NCBI RefSeq assembly: GCF_055900595.2
Contig: NZ_CM148325.1
Length of the DNA: 64,000 bases
Strand: one strand, 5' to 3'
Position 1 is the first letter of the stretch. Each line of letters opens with the position of its first letter. Made by a program: the position numbers and the translations under genes. The notes below the pieces were generated by a model, which ran no database searches, was not told the DNA's origin, and saw only the letters and a list, made by a program, of their open reading frames with translations. This document shows, one piece after another, positions 35,986-47,269 of this stretch.

Positions 35986-37725
35986 TTGACTGGAAAATTA
36001 TGTTGCAGGAACGAGAGGGCTGAGGAACAAAGCTTATCCCGGCGCTGTCCGTCCTTGCTGTCACTGACACTGATGTCTGTTTTATTATCGCCTTTATCTC
36101 TTCAGGCAGCGGATGTCCGGCGTAGCGGAGATGAAGCATTTATCATTCAGCAGCAACGTCAGGAAGCCCTTGAGCAACAACTGACGCCTTCGGCCCCTGA
36201 TGTTCGCCTTTCTGCACCTGGCTCTTTTGCCCGTAAGATTAATTTTCCTGTTGAAACGCCCTGTTTTCAGATTAAACAGACAGAACTGGAGGGGGCTGAT
36301 GCGTTACCACACTGGTTGCCTTTACAAAAAATCGCCAACGGGGCGGTCGGGCATTGCATGGGGGCGAAAGGAATTAATCTGCTGATGAGTACATTGCAGA
36401 ACCGTCTGGTCGATCATGGTTATGTCACTACCCGGGTTCTGGCACCTTCGCAGGATTTAAAAAGCGGTATCCTCCGGCTGGTTATTATTCCCGGTGTTGT
36501 GCGGCATGTGCGTCTGACACCGGACAGTGATGACTATATTCAGTTGTATTCCTCATTTCCGGCACACGAAGGCTCTCTGCTGGATTTACGGGACATTGAG
36601 CAGGGGCTTGAGAATATGCAACGACTGCCGGGTGTACAGGCTGATATGGAAATTGTGCCCGGTGAGCAGCCAGGGGAAAGTGACATTCTTATTACCCGCA
36701 AACAGGACAAATACTGGCGACTGGGGTTTTCGCTTGATGATTCAGGTACCCGCAGCACAGGGCGTTATCTCGGTGGTATAACATTTTCTCTGGATAATCC
36801 TTTTTCCCTGAGTGACCTGCTGTATGTTTCTGCCACCCATAATTTTCCACATTACGGGGGTAAGGGTAGTAAAAACTACACGGCCCATTACTCTGTGCCT
36901 TTCGGCTACTGGCAGTTTTCCGTCACCGCCAGTGATTACGATTACCATCAGACGGTAGCTGGTGCGGTTGAGGATTACCAGTACAGTGGCGAGAGTCAGA
37001 ATCTGGGCATGCAGCTGAGCCGGGTACTGCATCGTAACGGGACGCAGAAAACGGTGCTGACCTACGATGTTCAGGCCCGCAGGTCGCGTAACTACATTAA
37101 TGATACGGAAATCCAGGTACAGCGCCGGCAGACGGCGGCATGGCGACTTGGACTGCAGCACCGCCATTATATTTCGCAGGCCACACTGGATGCCGGCGTC
37201 AGCTGGCAACGGGGAACCCGCTGGTCTGGTGCACAACCGGCACCGGAAGAAACGTTCGGTGAGGCAACGGCGCTCAGTAAGATCCTGCAGTTGAATGCAT
37301 CCTTTAATCTGCCCTTTACACTGGCAGGGCAGCCCTTCAGTTATTCCTTCCGGTATCAGCGTCAGCTGAGCAATACCCCGCTGACCCCACAGGAACAGTT
37401 TGCCATCGGTAACCGCTGGACGGTTCGTGGTTTTGACGGGGAACGAACGCTGAATGCCAGTAACGGATGGTATATCCGCAACGACCTGACCTGGCGTACG
37501 CCACTGCCGGAGCAGGAGTTATATCTGGGAATGGATTACGGCGAGGTGGGGGGAGCCGGCAGTGAATACCTTGTGGGACGTCATCTGGCCGGTGGTGTTG
37601 TGGGGCTGAGGGGGCAACTGTTCAGTACGGATTATGACGTTTTCATCGGTCGTCCGTTTTCAAAGCCGGCGGGTTTTATGACGAGTGATGTGACAGCCGG
37701 TTTTAATCTGTTCCGGGATTTCTGA
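35986..37725 (+). CDS. cdiB: Two-partner secretion outer-membrane transporter CdiB (TpsB/FhaC family)
   Basis: Signal peptide then POTRA/ShlB-type regions; alternative start at 36073 ([12 protein letters not shown]). Confidence 0.85.
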   Translation: MTGKLCCRNERAEEQSLSRRCPSLLSLTLMSVLLSPLSLQAADVRRSGDEAFIIQQQRQEALEQQLTPSAPDVRLSAPGSFARKINFPVETPCFQIKQTELEGADALPHWLPLQKIANGAVGHCMGAKGINLLMSTLQNRLVDHGYVTTRVLAPSQDLKSGILRLVIIPGVVRHVRLTPDSDDYIQLYSSFPAHEGSLLDLRDIEQGLENMQRLPGVQADMEIVPGEQPGESDILITRKQDKYWRLGFSLDDSGTRSTGRYLGGITFSLDNPFSLSDLLYVSATHNFPHYGGKGSKNYTAHYSVPFGYWQFSVTASDYDYHQTVAGAVEDYQYSGESQNLGMQLSRVLHRNGTQKTVLTYDVQARRSRNYINDTEIQVQRRQTAAWRLGLQHRHYISQATLDAGVSWQRGTRWSGAQPAPEETFGEATALSKILQLNASFNLPFTLAGQPFSYSFRYQRQLSNTPLTPQEQFAIGNRWTVRGFDGERTLNASNGWYIRNDLTWRTPLPEQELYLGMDYGEVGGAGSEYLVGRHLAGGVVGLRGQLFSTDYDVFIGRPFSKPAGFMTSDVTAGFNLFRDF

Positions 37726-37734
37726 GAAAGTTTC

Positions 37735-38172
37735 ATGCGTAACGGGAAATATGACGTTCTGAGTCCCCTGTATTCCGGTGAGCCGGTCAATGAGGCGGAA
37801 GTCCTGGGGGCGGCCGTCTGGCTGTGGATGCACTCCCCCCTGCATCGTGATGCGCCACTGCATACCCTGCCGGACCTGCTGCTGCCGGTGATTAAGCACC
37901 GACAGTATGTGGTGGCAACAGAGCAGGGGCGACCGGTTTTCTTCATGAGCCAGGCCTGGCTCAGCCCGGAGGCAGAGGCGCGTTATCTTACGCAGCCGGC
38001 AATTCTCATGCCTCAGTCGGACTGGAACAGCGGCGACCGGATGTGGGTCTGTGACTGGGTTGCCCCTTTTGGACACACTCCGGATATGAGTCGTCTTGTC
38101 CGGCAGGATATTTTTCCCCGTCTGTGCTGGCGTTCGCTGTACCACCGTGGGCAGCAGACCGGGTTACCCTGA
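37735..38172 (+). CDS. cdiC: HlyC/RtxC-family toxin-activating lysine acyltransferase (CdiC-type), C-terminal end replaced
   Basis: AVWLWMHSPLHRDAP and SGDRMWVCDWVAPFG closely parallel HlyC SWLWASSPLHRNWP and SGDRKWFIDWIAPFG; ORF ends inside the cdiA reading region. Confidence 0.75.
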   Translation: MRNGKYDVLSPLYSGEPVNEAEVLGAAVWLWMHSPLHRDAPLHTLPDLLLPVIKHRQYVVATEQGRPVFFMSQAWLSPEAEARYLTQPAILMPQSDWNSGDRMWVCDWVAPFGHTPDMSRLVRQDIFPRLCWRSLYHRGQQTGLP

Positions 38173-41100
38173 CGGCTGACGGACGTATTGAAAACAGTGG
38201 CAGTATCAGTGCGAAAACGGATGTGCATCTGGCGACAACCCGGGAGCTGCATAACAGTGGTTCTGTTTATGCGGGGCAGGATACGCAGATACAGAGTAAT
38301 GGTGTATTCACCCATACAGGCTCTGTGGCATCACGTCGCAACACCCGGATTCAGACAGCGCGTCTGACCGGCGGTGAGCGAAGTCTGCTCACCGCCGGGG
38401 TGAAAGATGACGGACGTCTGGCGGCAGCGGGCAACCTGACTGTCAGTACCACCGGCGAACTGGCGGCACACGGACAGGTTCTGTCCGGTGGGGACATGCA
38501 ACTGAAGGGGCAGGGGCTGGATTTAAGCAACAGCCGGATACAGGGACAACATACTGAGCTGGATGCAACCAGTGGAAATCTGTCCACACAGAATGCGCAA
38601 CTGAGTGCCGGTACGCTTTCCGCCCGGACTGCCGGGCAGTTCAGCAATAATGACGGCACGATAAATGCCGACACACTGCAGATATCAGCACAGAGCCTGT
38701 CAAACCACAGGGGTAAACTGATTCAGACGGGAACAGGGGATTTTTCGCTGAGTCTGCCGGGAAGCGTGGATAACCGGGAAGGGCTGCTTGCGGCAAATGG
38801 CGCGGTGCGTCTGGATGCACTGAGCCTTGATAATCGCAAGGGGAAAGTGCAGGCGGCGCAGTCAGGCAGTCTGCAGGTGAAGACAACCGGTGCCGTGGAT
38901 AACCAGCAGGGACGTCTGCTTGCCAGCAGTGACATCCTGATTAATACACAGGCGCTGAATAACGACAACGGACTGATTTCAGCTGCTGCCGGAACGGGCA
39001 GGATAAAAACACAGCAGTCTGTCAGCAATACGGAGGGACGAATGGAGTCCGCCGGCAGGCTGGATATTTCGGCAGGGAGTCTGAATAACCACCAGGGTAC
39101 GGTGGTGTCTGACGGGCTGTCCGTGACGCTGGATGGTGCGCTGGATAATACGTCCGGCAGACTGCTTTCACAGAAAACGCTGTCTGTGTCAGGCAGCGAA
39201 CTGGTCTCTGATGATGGTCTGATTCAGTCCGGCAGTGACATGACGCTGGATGTACAGGACGGGGTACTTAGTAACCGGAACACGAAAACACGGGGTGGTA
39301 TCAGCAGCGCCGGTACCCTGACAGTGCGGGCTGGTATGCTGAATAACCAGCAGGGATTTATGGTGGGTCAGAAGGATATGACCCTGAACGCCGGAACGCT
39401 TGATAACCGTCAGGGCGTGCTGGGGAGTCAGGCGTCATTACAGATATCGTCAGGTACGCTGATGAATCAGAAAGGTGCACTGAAGGCCGGGACGGATATG
39501 TTGCTGAGTGGTGGCGATGTCAGTAATCAGGAAGGGACGCTTGCCGCCGGCGGGGACCTGAATACTCACCTGAATGTGCTGGAAAATCAGCAGGGGACGG
39601 TGGTCAGCAACGGTAACAGCAGGCTGGATGTCACACGGTTTGATAATCAGGGCGGCAGACTGGTGGCACAGCAGTCACTGACCCTTTCCTCGACGGATAT
39701 CATCAACGATGCCAGCGGCCTGATACAGAGCGGTGCATCGCTGAATCTCCGTGCTGACACGCTGAGCAACCGTAACAGTGGTGACCGGGGCGGGGTTATC
39801 AGTCAGGGGCCGATGACGCTGAATGCCGGCACACTGGACAGCACTGCCGGTGTGCTTTTGTCGGGAGATGCTCTGTCCCTGACTGCAGGCGTGGTTAACA
39901 ATACATCCGGTCAGGTGGTGGCAAACGGTCTGCTCGGCTGGAACAGCCAGGCGCTGAACAATCAGTCAGGTCTTATTCAGGGGAAAGGCATCAGCATTAA
40001 TACCGCAGGCCAGACGCTGGATAACCGTGAGGGTGGCCGGCTGGTCAGTGAAGGTGAACTCCGTCTGCATACGGGAGGCCTGCAGAACAGCCAGGGACAG
40101 ATACAGTCTGTGGGCGACATTCTGTTCGACAGTGTACGGGGCGTTGTGGACAACGTCTCTGGTCTGATCCGCAGTGGTTCTGCCATTACGCTGAACGCCC
40201 TGCAGTTTATCAATCGCCACACGCAGAATACCGGCCAGGGGCTGGAAGCGCAGACAATACACATCACGACGCAGGACCTTGATAACCAGGAGGGCAGTAT
40301 TCTGGCAGACAGGGCGCTTACGGTTATGGCAGACAGGACGCTCAGTAATAATGATGGCGTGCTCTCTTCCGGCGCGACATTGTCTGTCAGTGGCCGTCAG
40401 CTGACGTTTTCGAACCGTGACGGCGTGGTTAAGGCCGGGCAGTCAGTATCTGTGGATGCCGGTCAGCTCGGTGGTGACGGGAAACTGCTTTCGCTGGGCG
40501 ATATGGCGCTGAAAAGTAACACAACGTTCAGTAACAGTGGTCAGACCATTGCGAACGGAAACCTTACGCTTTCCGTTAATGGCGATGTCTCTAATACCGG
40601 CAGCCTGCTGGCAGGCAGCCGGCTTGACCTGAACAGCATCCGCCTTGAAAACACAGAGAAAGGTGAAATCAGTGCCGGGCAGACCTGGCTTAACGTGACG
40701 GACACACTGCTGAACTGTGGGCTGATTGACGGGAAATATACGCATCTTCAGGCGAACACCCTGACGAATTCCGGTACCGGGCGAATCTACGGCGATGCTG
40801 TTGGTGTCAGTGCTGCCACATTTAATAATCTGGAAGAAAATGGCGTGGCGGCGACGCTGGCCGGTGAGAAAGCGAAGCGGGACCCGGCAGCACTGAATCA
40901 GGCCCGCGCAGAGCTTGAGGCAGCAGGAAAGCCGTTTACGGAACAGGATGTGGCACAGCGGGCCTACAATAACGGTATGGCGGCCTCAGGTTTTGGAACG
41001 GGAGGCAAATACCAGCAGGCGATACAGGCCGCAACGGCAGCGGTACAGGGACTGGTCGGCGGTAATCTGAGTGCAGCCCTGGCAGGTGGTGCAGCGCCGT

Positions 41101-42149
41101 ATATTGCTGAAATTATCAAACAGACCACCCCGGATGGTGCGGGACGTGTGGCAGCTCATGCAGTAGTGAATGCAGCCCTGTCTCTGGCACAGGGTAAGAA
41201 TGCTCTTGCTGGTGCCGCAGGCGCTGCCACCGGCGAGGTGGTGGGAATGATAGCCACACAGATGTACGGTAAGCCGGTGAGTGAACTGAGCGAGACAGAG
41301 AAACAGACGGTCTCCACGCTGGCAACGGTTGCTGCCGGTCTGGCCGGTGGTCTGGTGGGAGACTCAGGTGCTTCAGCGGTAGCCGGAGCACAGTCAGGTA
41401 AGACGACGGTTGAAAACAATATGCTGAACGTGATAGCCACTGAAACAGCGGCTAATACGGCAGCAGCAATAGCTGGTGCTACAGGTAATGCCAGTAGGGA
41501 TACCGGGAATGATAATAGCTGGGATATTGGTGGTGGTTGTGAAGGCTCACGGGAACAGTGTGCTGTACGTGACCCGAGTCGCGATGGTACCCGGGGACCG
41601 GGGCATGTGCTGAATGGCGACAATACAGACGAAAACAAACAGCCGAATCTGGGCAAAGACGTAGCGAGCGCTACGGATAAGGATAAAGCTGAGCTTGGTG
41701 GTGCAGGTGCTGGAACACCGGGTGGGTGGGGACCGGATAATGAAGAAAAAGCCCGTCATCAGGAGGTTCAGCAACAACGATTTGATGAACTGAGTAAAAT
41801 ATATGATAAAAGTCACCCGGTCGGAGAGTTAACAGTGGATGGGCAGACTATCAGGCAGAGTTCGGTAAGTAACCGTTATGGTACGACGAAAGTGTTTGAA
41901 AGCCAGAATCTGACGGATAAACAGATCCACAATTACGCACAACAGCTGGCAGGAGATACACCGCTGAAAGAGGTTCGGCCGGGGATCTATACTGCAAAGC
42001 TGAATAACGGAACATCGATCACGTTGCGGAATTTATCGTCGTCCCAAGAACAAACAGGCGCCAGATGGACTATTGATATTAGAGGGAATCAGCAATTGGC
42101 TGAAATTGCACATAAATACGGACGTCAGGTTGAAATTAAATTTAGGTGA
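38124..42149 (+). CDS. cdiA: CdiA contact-dependent inhibition effector, 5'-truncated (no TPS secretion domain), with VENN-delimited C-terminal toxin
   Basis: 1341 aa starting in FHA-type repeats with no signal peptide or TPS domain; pretoxin region ends ...AGAQSGKTTVENN (VENN at 41409..41420); about 240-aa CdiA-CT. Confidence 0.85.
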   Translation: MLAFAVPPWAADRVTLTADGRIENSGSISAKTDVHLATTRELHNSGSVYAGQDTQIQSNGVFTHTGSVASRRNTRIQTARLTGGERSLLTAGVKDDGRLAAAGNLTVSTTGELAAHGQVLSGGDMQLKGQGLDLSNSRIQGQHTELDATSGNLSTQNAQLSAGTLSARTAGQFSNNDGTINADTLQISAQSLSNHRGKLIQTGTGDFSLSLPGSVDNREGLLAANGAVRLDALSLDNRKGKVQAAQSGSLQVKTTGAVDNQQGRLLASSDILINTQALNNDNGLISAAAGTGRIKTQQSVSNTEGRMESAGRLDISAGSLNNHQGTVVSDGLSVTLDGALDNTSGRLLSQKTLSVSGSELVSDDGLIQSGSDMTLDVQDGVLSNRNTKTRGGISSAGTLTVRAGMLNNQQGFMVGQKDMTLNAGTLDNRQGVLGSQASLQISSGTLMNQKGALKAGTDMLLSGGDVSNQEGTLAAGGDLNTHLNVLENQQGTVVSNGNSRLDVTRFDNQGGRLVAQQSLTLSSTDIINDASGLIQSGASLNLRADTLSNRNSGDRGGVISQGPMTLNAGTLDSTAGVLLSGDALSLTAGVVNNTSGQVVANGLLGWNSQALNNQSGLIQGKGISINTAGQTLDNREGGRLVSEGELRLHTGGLQNSQGQIQSVGDILFDSVRGVVDNVSGLIRSGSAITLNALQFINRHTQNTGQGLEAQTIHITTQDLDNQEGSILADRALTVMADRTLSNNDGVLSSGATLSVSGRQLTFSNRDGVVKAGQSVSVDAGQLGGDGKLLSLGDMALKSNTTFSNSGQTIANGNLTLSVNGDVSNTGSLLAGSRLDLNSIRLENTEKGEISAGQTWLNVTDTLLNCGLIDGKYTHLQANTLTNSGTGRIYGDAVGVSAATFNNLEENGVAATLAGEKAKRDPAALNQARAELEAAGKPFTEQDVAQRAYNNGMAASGFGTGGKYQQAIQAATAAVQGLVGGNLSAALAGGAAPYIAEIIKQTTPDGAGRVAAHAVVNAALSLAQGKNALAGAAGAATGEVVGMIATQMYGKPVSELSETEKQTVSTLATVAAGLAGGLVGDSGASAVAGAQSGKTTVENNMLNVIATETAANTAAAIAGATGNASRDTGNDNSWDIGGGCEGSREQCAVRDPSRDGTRGPGHVLNGDNTDENKQPNLGKDVASATDKDKAELGGAGAGTPGGWGPDNEEKARHQEVQQQRFDELSKIYDKSHPVGELTVDGQTIRQSSVSNRYGTTKVFESQNLTDKQIHNYAQQLAGDTPLKEVRPGIYTAKLNNGTSITLRNLSSSQEQTGARWTIDIRGNQQLAEIAHKYGRQVEIKFR

Positions 42150-42505
42150 GCATTATGTTGACTGAAAATGAGTATCGTGAAACAGCTGACGCATCGGAGA
42201 TGCAAGCGTTAAGTGGTTTATGGGCTTACAGTATTCCAGATCATGTTGATAGCGCAGTATTCAGTTTTGATGAAAGGAAAAAACTCTTTTTCTGGATATT
42301 TGAGCGCCTTCTGAAAGAAGGGCGCATCAAACTCGCCAAGCACGGTAAGTTTCTGGAAGGCAGTGTTGACGAGCAGGTTGAGCGTTTCCGACAGGCATTT
42401 CCAAAAACAGAAGAAGAGATGGAAGACGGTATCTGGTTTTTTGATGAGAGCTGTCCGGGAGGAGCTGTCTGGGTGCTTGAAGATGGCTCTCTCGAATGGA
42501 CCTGA
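42146..42505 (+). CDS. cdiI: Putative CdiI immunity protein
   Basis: 119-aa acidic cytoplasmic ORF overlapping the cdiA stop; assignment by position only. Confidence 0.6.
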   Translation: MSIMLTENEYRETADASEMQALSGLWAYSIPDHVDSAVFSFDERKKLFFWIFERLLKEGRIKLAKHGKFLEGSVDEQVERFRQAFPKTEEEMEDGIWFFDESCPGGAVWVLEDGSLEWT

Positions 42506-43050
42506 TAAACCCGTTCATAGTGCAGGATGCGGTGCAGCAAGCGTATAACAACGATATGACAGCCTCAGGTTTTGGAACGGGAGGCAAATACCAGCAGGCG
42601 ATACAGGCCGCAACGGCAGCGGTACAGGGACTGGCCGGCGGTAATCTGAGTGCACCCTGGCAGGTGGTGCAGCGTCGTATATTGCTGAAATAATCAAAAA
42701 TACCCCCCCCGGACTGTGCGGGAAGTGTGGTAGCTCATGCCTTGGTGAATGCCGCACTGGCTGTGGCACAGGGAAATAACGCTCTTGCCGGTGCCGCAGG
42801 GGCTGCCACCGGCGAGGTGGTGGGAATGATAGCCACACAGATGTACGGTAAACCGGTCAGTGAACTGAGCGAGGCAGAGAAGCAGACGGTCTCGACACTG
42901 GCAACGGTTGCTGCCGGTCTGGCCGGTGGTCTGGTGGGAGACTCAGGTGCTTCAGCGGTAGCCGGAGCACAGTCTGGTAAGGCGGGGGGCGAAGGTAGTT
43001 GGTTCGTGAATTGGTTGGAATTCTGTAATATTAATAATAAAAATCGCTAA
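42496..43050 (+). pseudogene. Orphan cdiA-CT fragment (duplicate pretoxin region, toxin domain lost)
   Basis: Near-identical to cdiA pretoxin region (AYNN.M.ASGFGTGGKYQQAIQAATAAVQGL...[15 protein letters not shown]) but split by indels and in-frame stop at 42691; ends ...[17 protein letters not shown] instead of TTVENN. Confidence 0.7.
42703..42710 (+). repeat. C8 homopolymer at a frame-restoring indel in the orphan cdiA-CT
   Basis: TACCCCCCCC where the cdiA paralogue has CAGACCACCCC. Confidence 0.8.
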
Positions 43051-43072
43051 ATGGTTATTCGGGGATACTCGA

Positions 43073-43474
43073 TTGAATAAATTTATATATTTTCTGTTAG
43101 CAGGTATTTTATTTTCGGGACAGGTGGATGCAGCACGGGGAAGAAAACCCTGCTCGGGTGCTAAAGGTGGCATTTCACACTGTACGTCAGACGGACGTTT
43201 TGTCTGTAACGACGGAAGTCTGAGTCAGTCGAAACGCTTTTGTTCCGGTTATGGCGTGGCACCCGGCAAACGTCAGGTGAAATCACCTGTCACCACGAAG
43301 CCGGTTCAGAAGAAAAAATCAGTGGCTGTCCGGAAGGTGCCACAACCGTCGGTGGCTGAGAAAGATGAGTCTGTACCGGTCACTGAGCCGCGTAAACCCA
43401 CCTGTGCGCCGCTTTATATGGCCAGCAAACCCGGATTCACGCATCTGCCTATTTGTTCCGGTAATCAGTATTAA
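43073..43474 (+). CDS. Small secreted cysteine-containing protein of unknown function
   Basis: 133 aa; signal peptide [21 protein letters not shown]; 6 Cys in mature part; lysine-rich linker. Confidence 0.55.
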   Translation: MNKFIYFLLAGILFSGQVDAARGRKPCSGAKGGISHCTSDGRFVCNDGSLSQSKRFCSGYGVAPGKRQVKSPVTTKPVQKKKSVAVRKVPQPSVAEKDESVPVTEPRKPTCAPLYMASKPGFTHLPICSGNQY

Positions 43475-43708
43475 TCTGACACTGAAATAGCAGAGGCATC
43501 TGTGCTCAGCCTGCAGTTAACCCTGTATTGGCGAGCATCATAAAGCCGGACATCCTTCCGGGTATAAATATTTCCGGAGGGCGTTAATCAGAAATATTCA
43601 GTTACGGAGAAGGAAAATAAAGGAAAGTCATGGCAGGAAGAAAAAAAAGATGATAATGCAGCGGGATTTGTCCTGATTTTAGTTTGCGTTATTCTCTGGG
43701 GGATTTAT

Positions 43709-44875
43709 GTGGCGGTCAGGACGCTGATAAACCTTAATGAGCGCTTTATTGATGCAGTATCGAATCCGGCAGGTATTATTGGTTTGTTTTTTGGTTTGCT
43801 TACCGTATTTGCAATTTTATTTCGTTTTTTTATTTACCGGAGACTCAGAAAGAAAACAGCAGCATTTGAGCAGGCCGTTTCAGAGCTGGTTCAGAGAGAA
43901 CGGGATTTTAATGAAACTGTCAATGCCGCTATAGCCCGGGGAATACGACAGGAAAAGGAGCAGCTTGCCAGACGTCGTGAGGAATTTCATACCACCAGAA
44001 AGAAGGCCGGCCGTGCAATGCAGCGGATTGTTGATTCTGCCTGGAAATTTAAGGCGAAGACTCTGCTGGCTGGTGTAACGATTAATAACTGGCAAAGCAA
44101 ATATGACCAGCTTCGTAAGGAAAGAGAGGCTTACGCTGCTGTCAGTGAGAAAATTGCCTTTCTTAACCTGGAAGATAATTCTGACTGGGAGAGTGTCAGG
44201 CAACAGTTTCTGGACAAAGTGGCATTGCTGGAAAAAGCGCAGGAAGAAAAGGAATATCAGGCAGAGCTTAAGCGTCAGATGCGTGAAGAAAAAGAGCGTC
44301 AGGATGAACTTGACCGGCGCCAGCGGGAAGCGGAAGAGGAAGAACGGCGTCTTGCTGAGCAGCAGAAACTGATTGAGGAGGCGCTGCGCGCAGCAGAAGG
44401 GGCTCACAGGGAGGAGTTAGAGAAACAACGCCTGGAGCTGGAACAGAAAATTCAGGAAGCGCATGCGCAGTATGAACGTGCTAAATCCATGGCTCAGCTT
44501 ACGAAACAGGGGCATGTTTATATCATTTCGAATATTGGTTCGTTTGGTGAGGATGTCTTTAAAATTGGCATGACCCGACGGCTGGAACCCATGGACAGGG
44601 TCAAAGAGTTAAGTGGTGCTTCTGTTCCGTTTGATTTTGATGTTCACGCCATGATTTCCTGTGATGATGCGCCCGCGCTGGAAAAAACACTTCATGACAG
44701 TCTGGAAAAATACCGCATCAACAGGATTAACCTGCGTAAAGAATTTTTCCGCGTGAAGCTTGAGAAAATCATTAATGAAGTGGAGCGTCACCACGGGCAG
44801 GTGGAATATGTGGCTGACCCGGCAGCACTGCAGTATCTGCAGAGTCTGGAGTGCGCGGAAAATGAAGCTGCCTGA
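43709..44875 (+). CDS. Membrane-anchored coiled-coil protein with C-terminal T5orf172/GIY-YIG-like domain (DUF4041-type architecture suspected)
   Basis: N-terminal TM helix GIIGLFFGLLTVFAILFRFFIY; long charged coiled coil; C-terminal GHVYIISNIGSFGEDVFKIGMTRRLEPMDRVKELS...FDFDVHAMI typical of T5orf172. Confidence 0.65.
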   Translation: MAVRTLINLNERFIDAVSNPAGIIGLFFGLLTVFAILFRFFIYRRLRKKTAAFEQAVSELVQRERDFNETVNAAIARGIRQEKEQLARRREEFHTTRKKAGRAMQRIVDSAWKFKAKTLLAGVTINNWQSKYDQLRKEREAYAAVSEKIAFLNLEDNSDWESVRQQFLDKVALLEKAQEEKEYQAELKRQMREEKERQDELDRRQREAEEEERRLAEQQKLIEEALRAAEGAHREELEKQRLELEQKIQEAHAQYERAKSMAQLTKQGHVYIISNIGSFGEDVFKIGMTRRLEPMDRVKELSGASVPFDFDVHAMISCDDAPALEKTLHDSLEKYRINRINLRKEFFRVKLEKIINEVERHHGQVEYVADPAALQYLQSLECAENEAA

Positions 44876-45068
44876 CAATCAGTGTTCTGATTTTATTCCG
44901 GCCGGATATAACAGAAGGGATATCTGCACATATCCTGCAGCATGGTTCACGGTATTCCGGTCATGTTAATGATTCTGTTTTTTTATTTCTGAATAAAATG
45001 ACACCCACGATATAACGTCGTGGGTGTCGGTGATGATTATTTTTTTGTTCACAGATTAAGGTGCGTTT

Positions 45069-46856
<1,788 letters not shown>

Positions 46857-46921
46857 TACCAGACCATTTCTTTATTCCGGGCTTTCACCATACTGTTATT
46901 ATCAGGTTTATTTAATTCGCC

Positions 46922-47227
46922 ATGAACCCGTTATTTAACGATATTCAGATGCGTCTTTTTTATCTGAACCACTCTCCGTACTCCTGGCACTGGAATGTCA
47001 GATTCAGACCTCAGGAAGCCGTATATATTGGCAGCGATACCTGTCATATCACCATTACCTGTAATCAGTCTGGTTTTCATTTAACCCGGGACGGACAACG
47101 GGTATTCACTGAGCGTTATATCAGAAACCTTAATGAGCTGTTACCGGTTCTGAAACGGCGGTGGGATGTGACACCGGCAATCATCCGCGCAGTGGAATAC
47201 CTTTCCCGGGTACCGGTATCACACTGA
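46922..47227 (+). CDS. Small hypothetical protein upstream of ImpA_N-domain gene
   Basis: 101-aa ORF, 43 bp upstream of next gene on same strand. Confidence 0.4.
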   Translation: MNPLFNDIQMRLFYLNHSPYSWHWNVRFRPQEAVYIGSDTCHITITCNQSGFHLTRDGQRVFTERYIRNLNELLPVLKRRWDVTPAIIRAVEYLSRVPVSH

Positions 47228-47269
47228 TGTTCTTTCCGTAACTGTTAATCATGATTTAATACAGCAACA

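Noticed and set aside
38351-41816. Antisense and alternative-frame ORFs inside cdiA
   Set aside because: Nested within the cdiA reading frame, compositionally biased (Pro/Ser/Ala/Arg-rich translations typical of off-frame readings), with no independent support.
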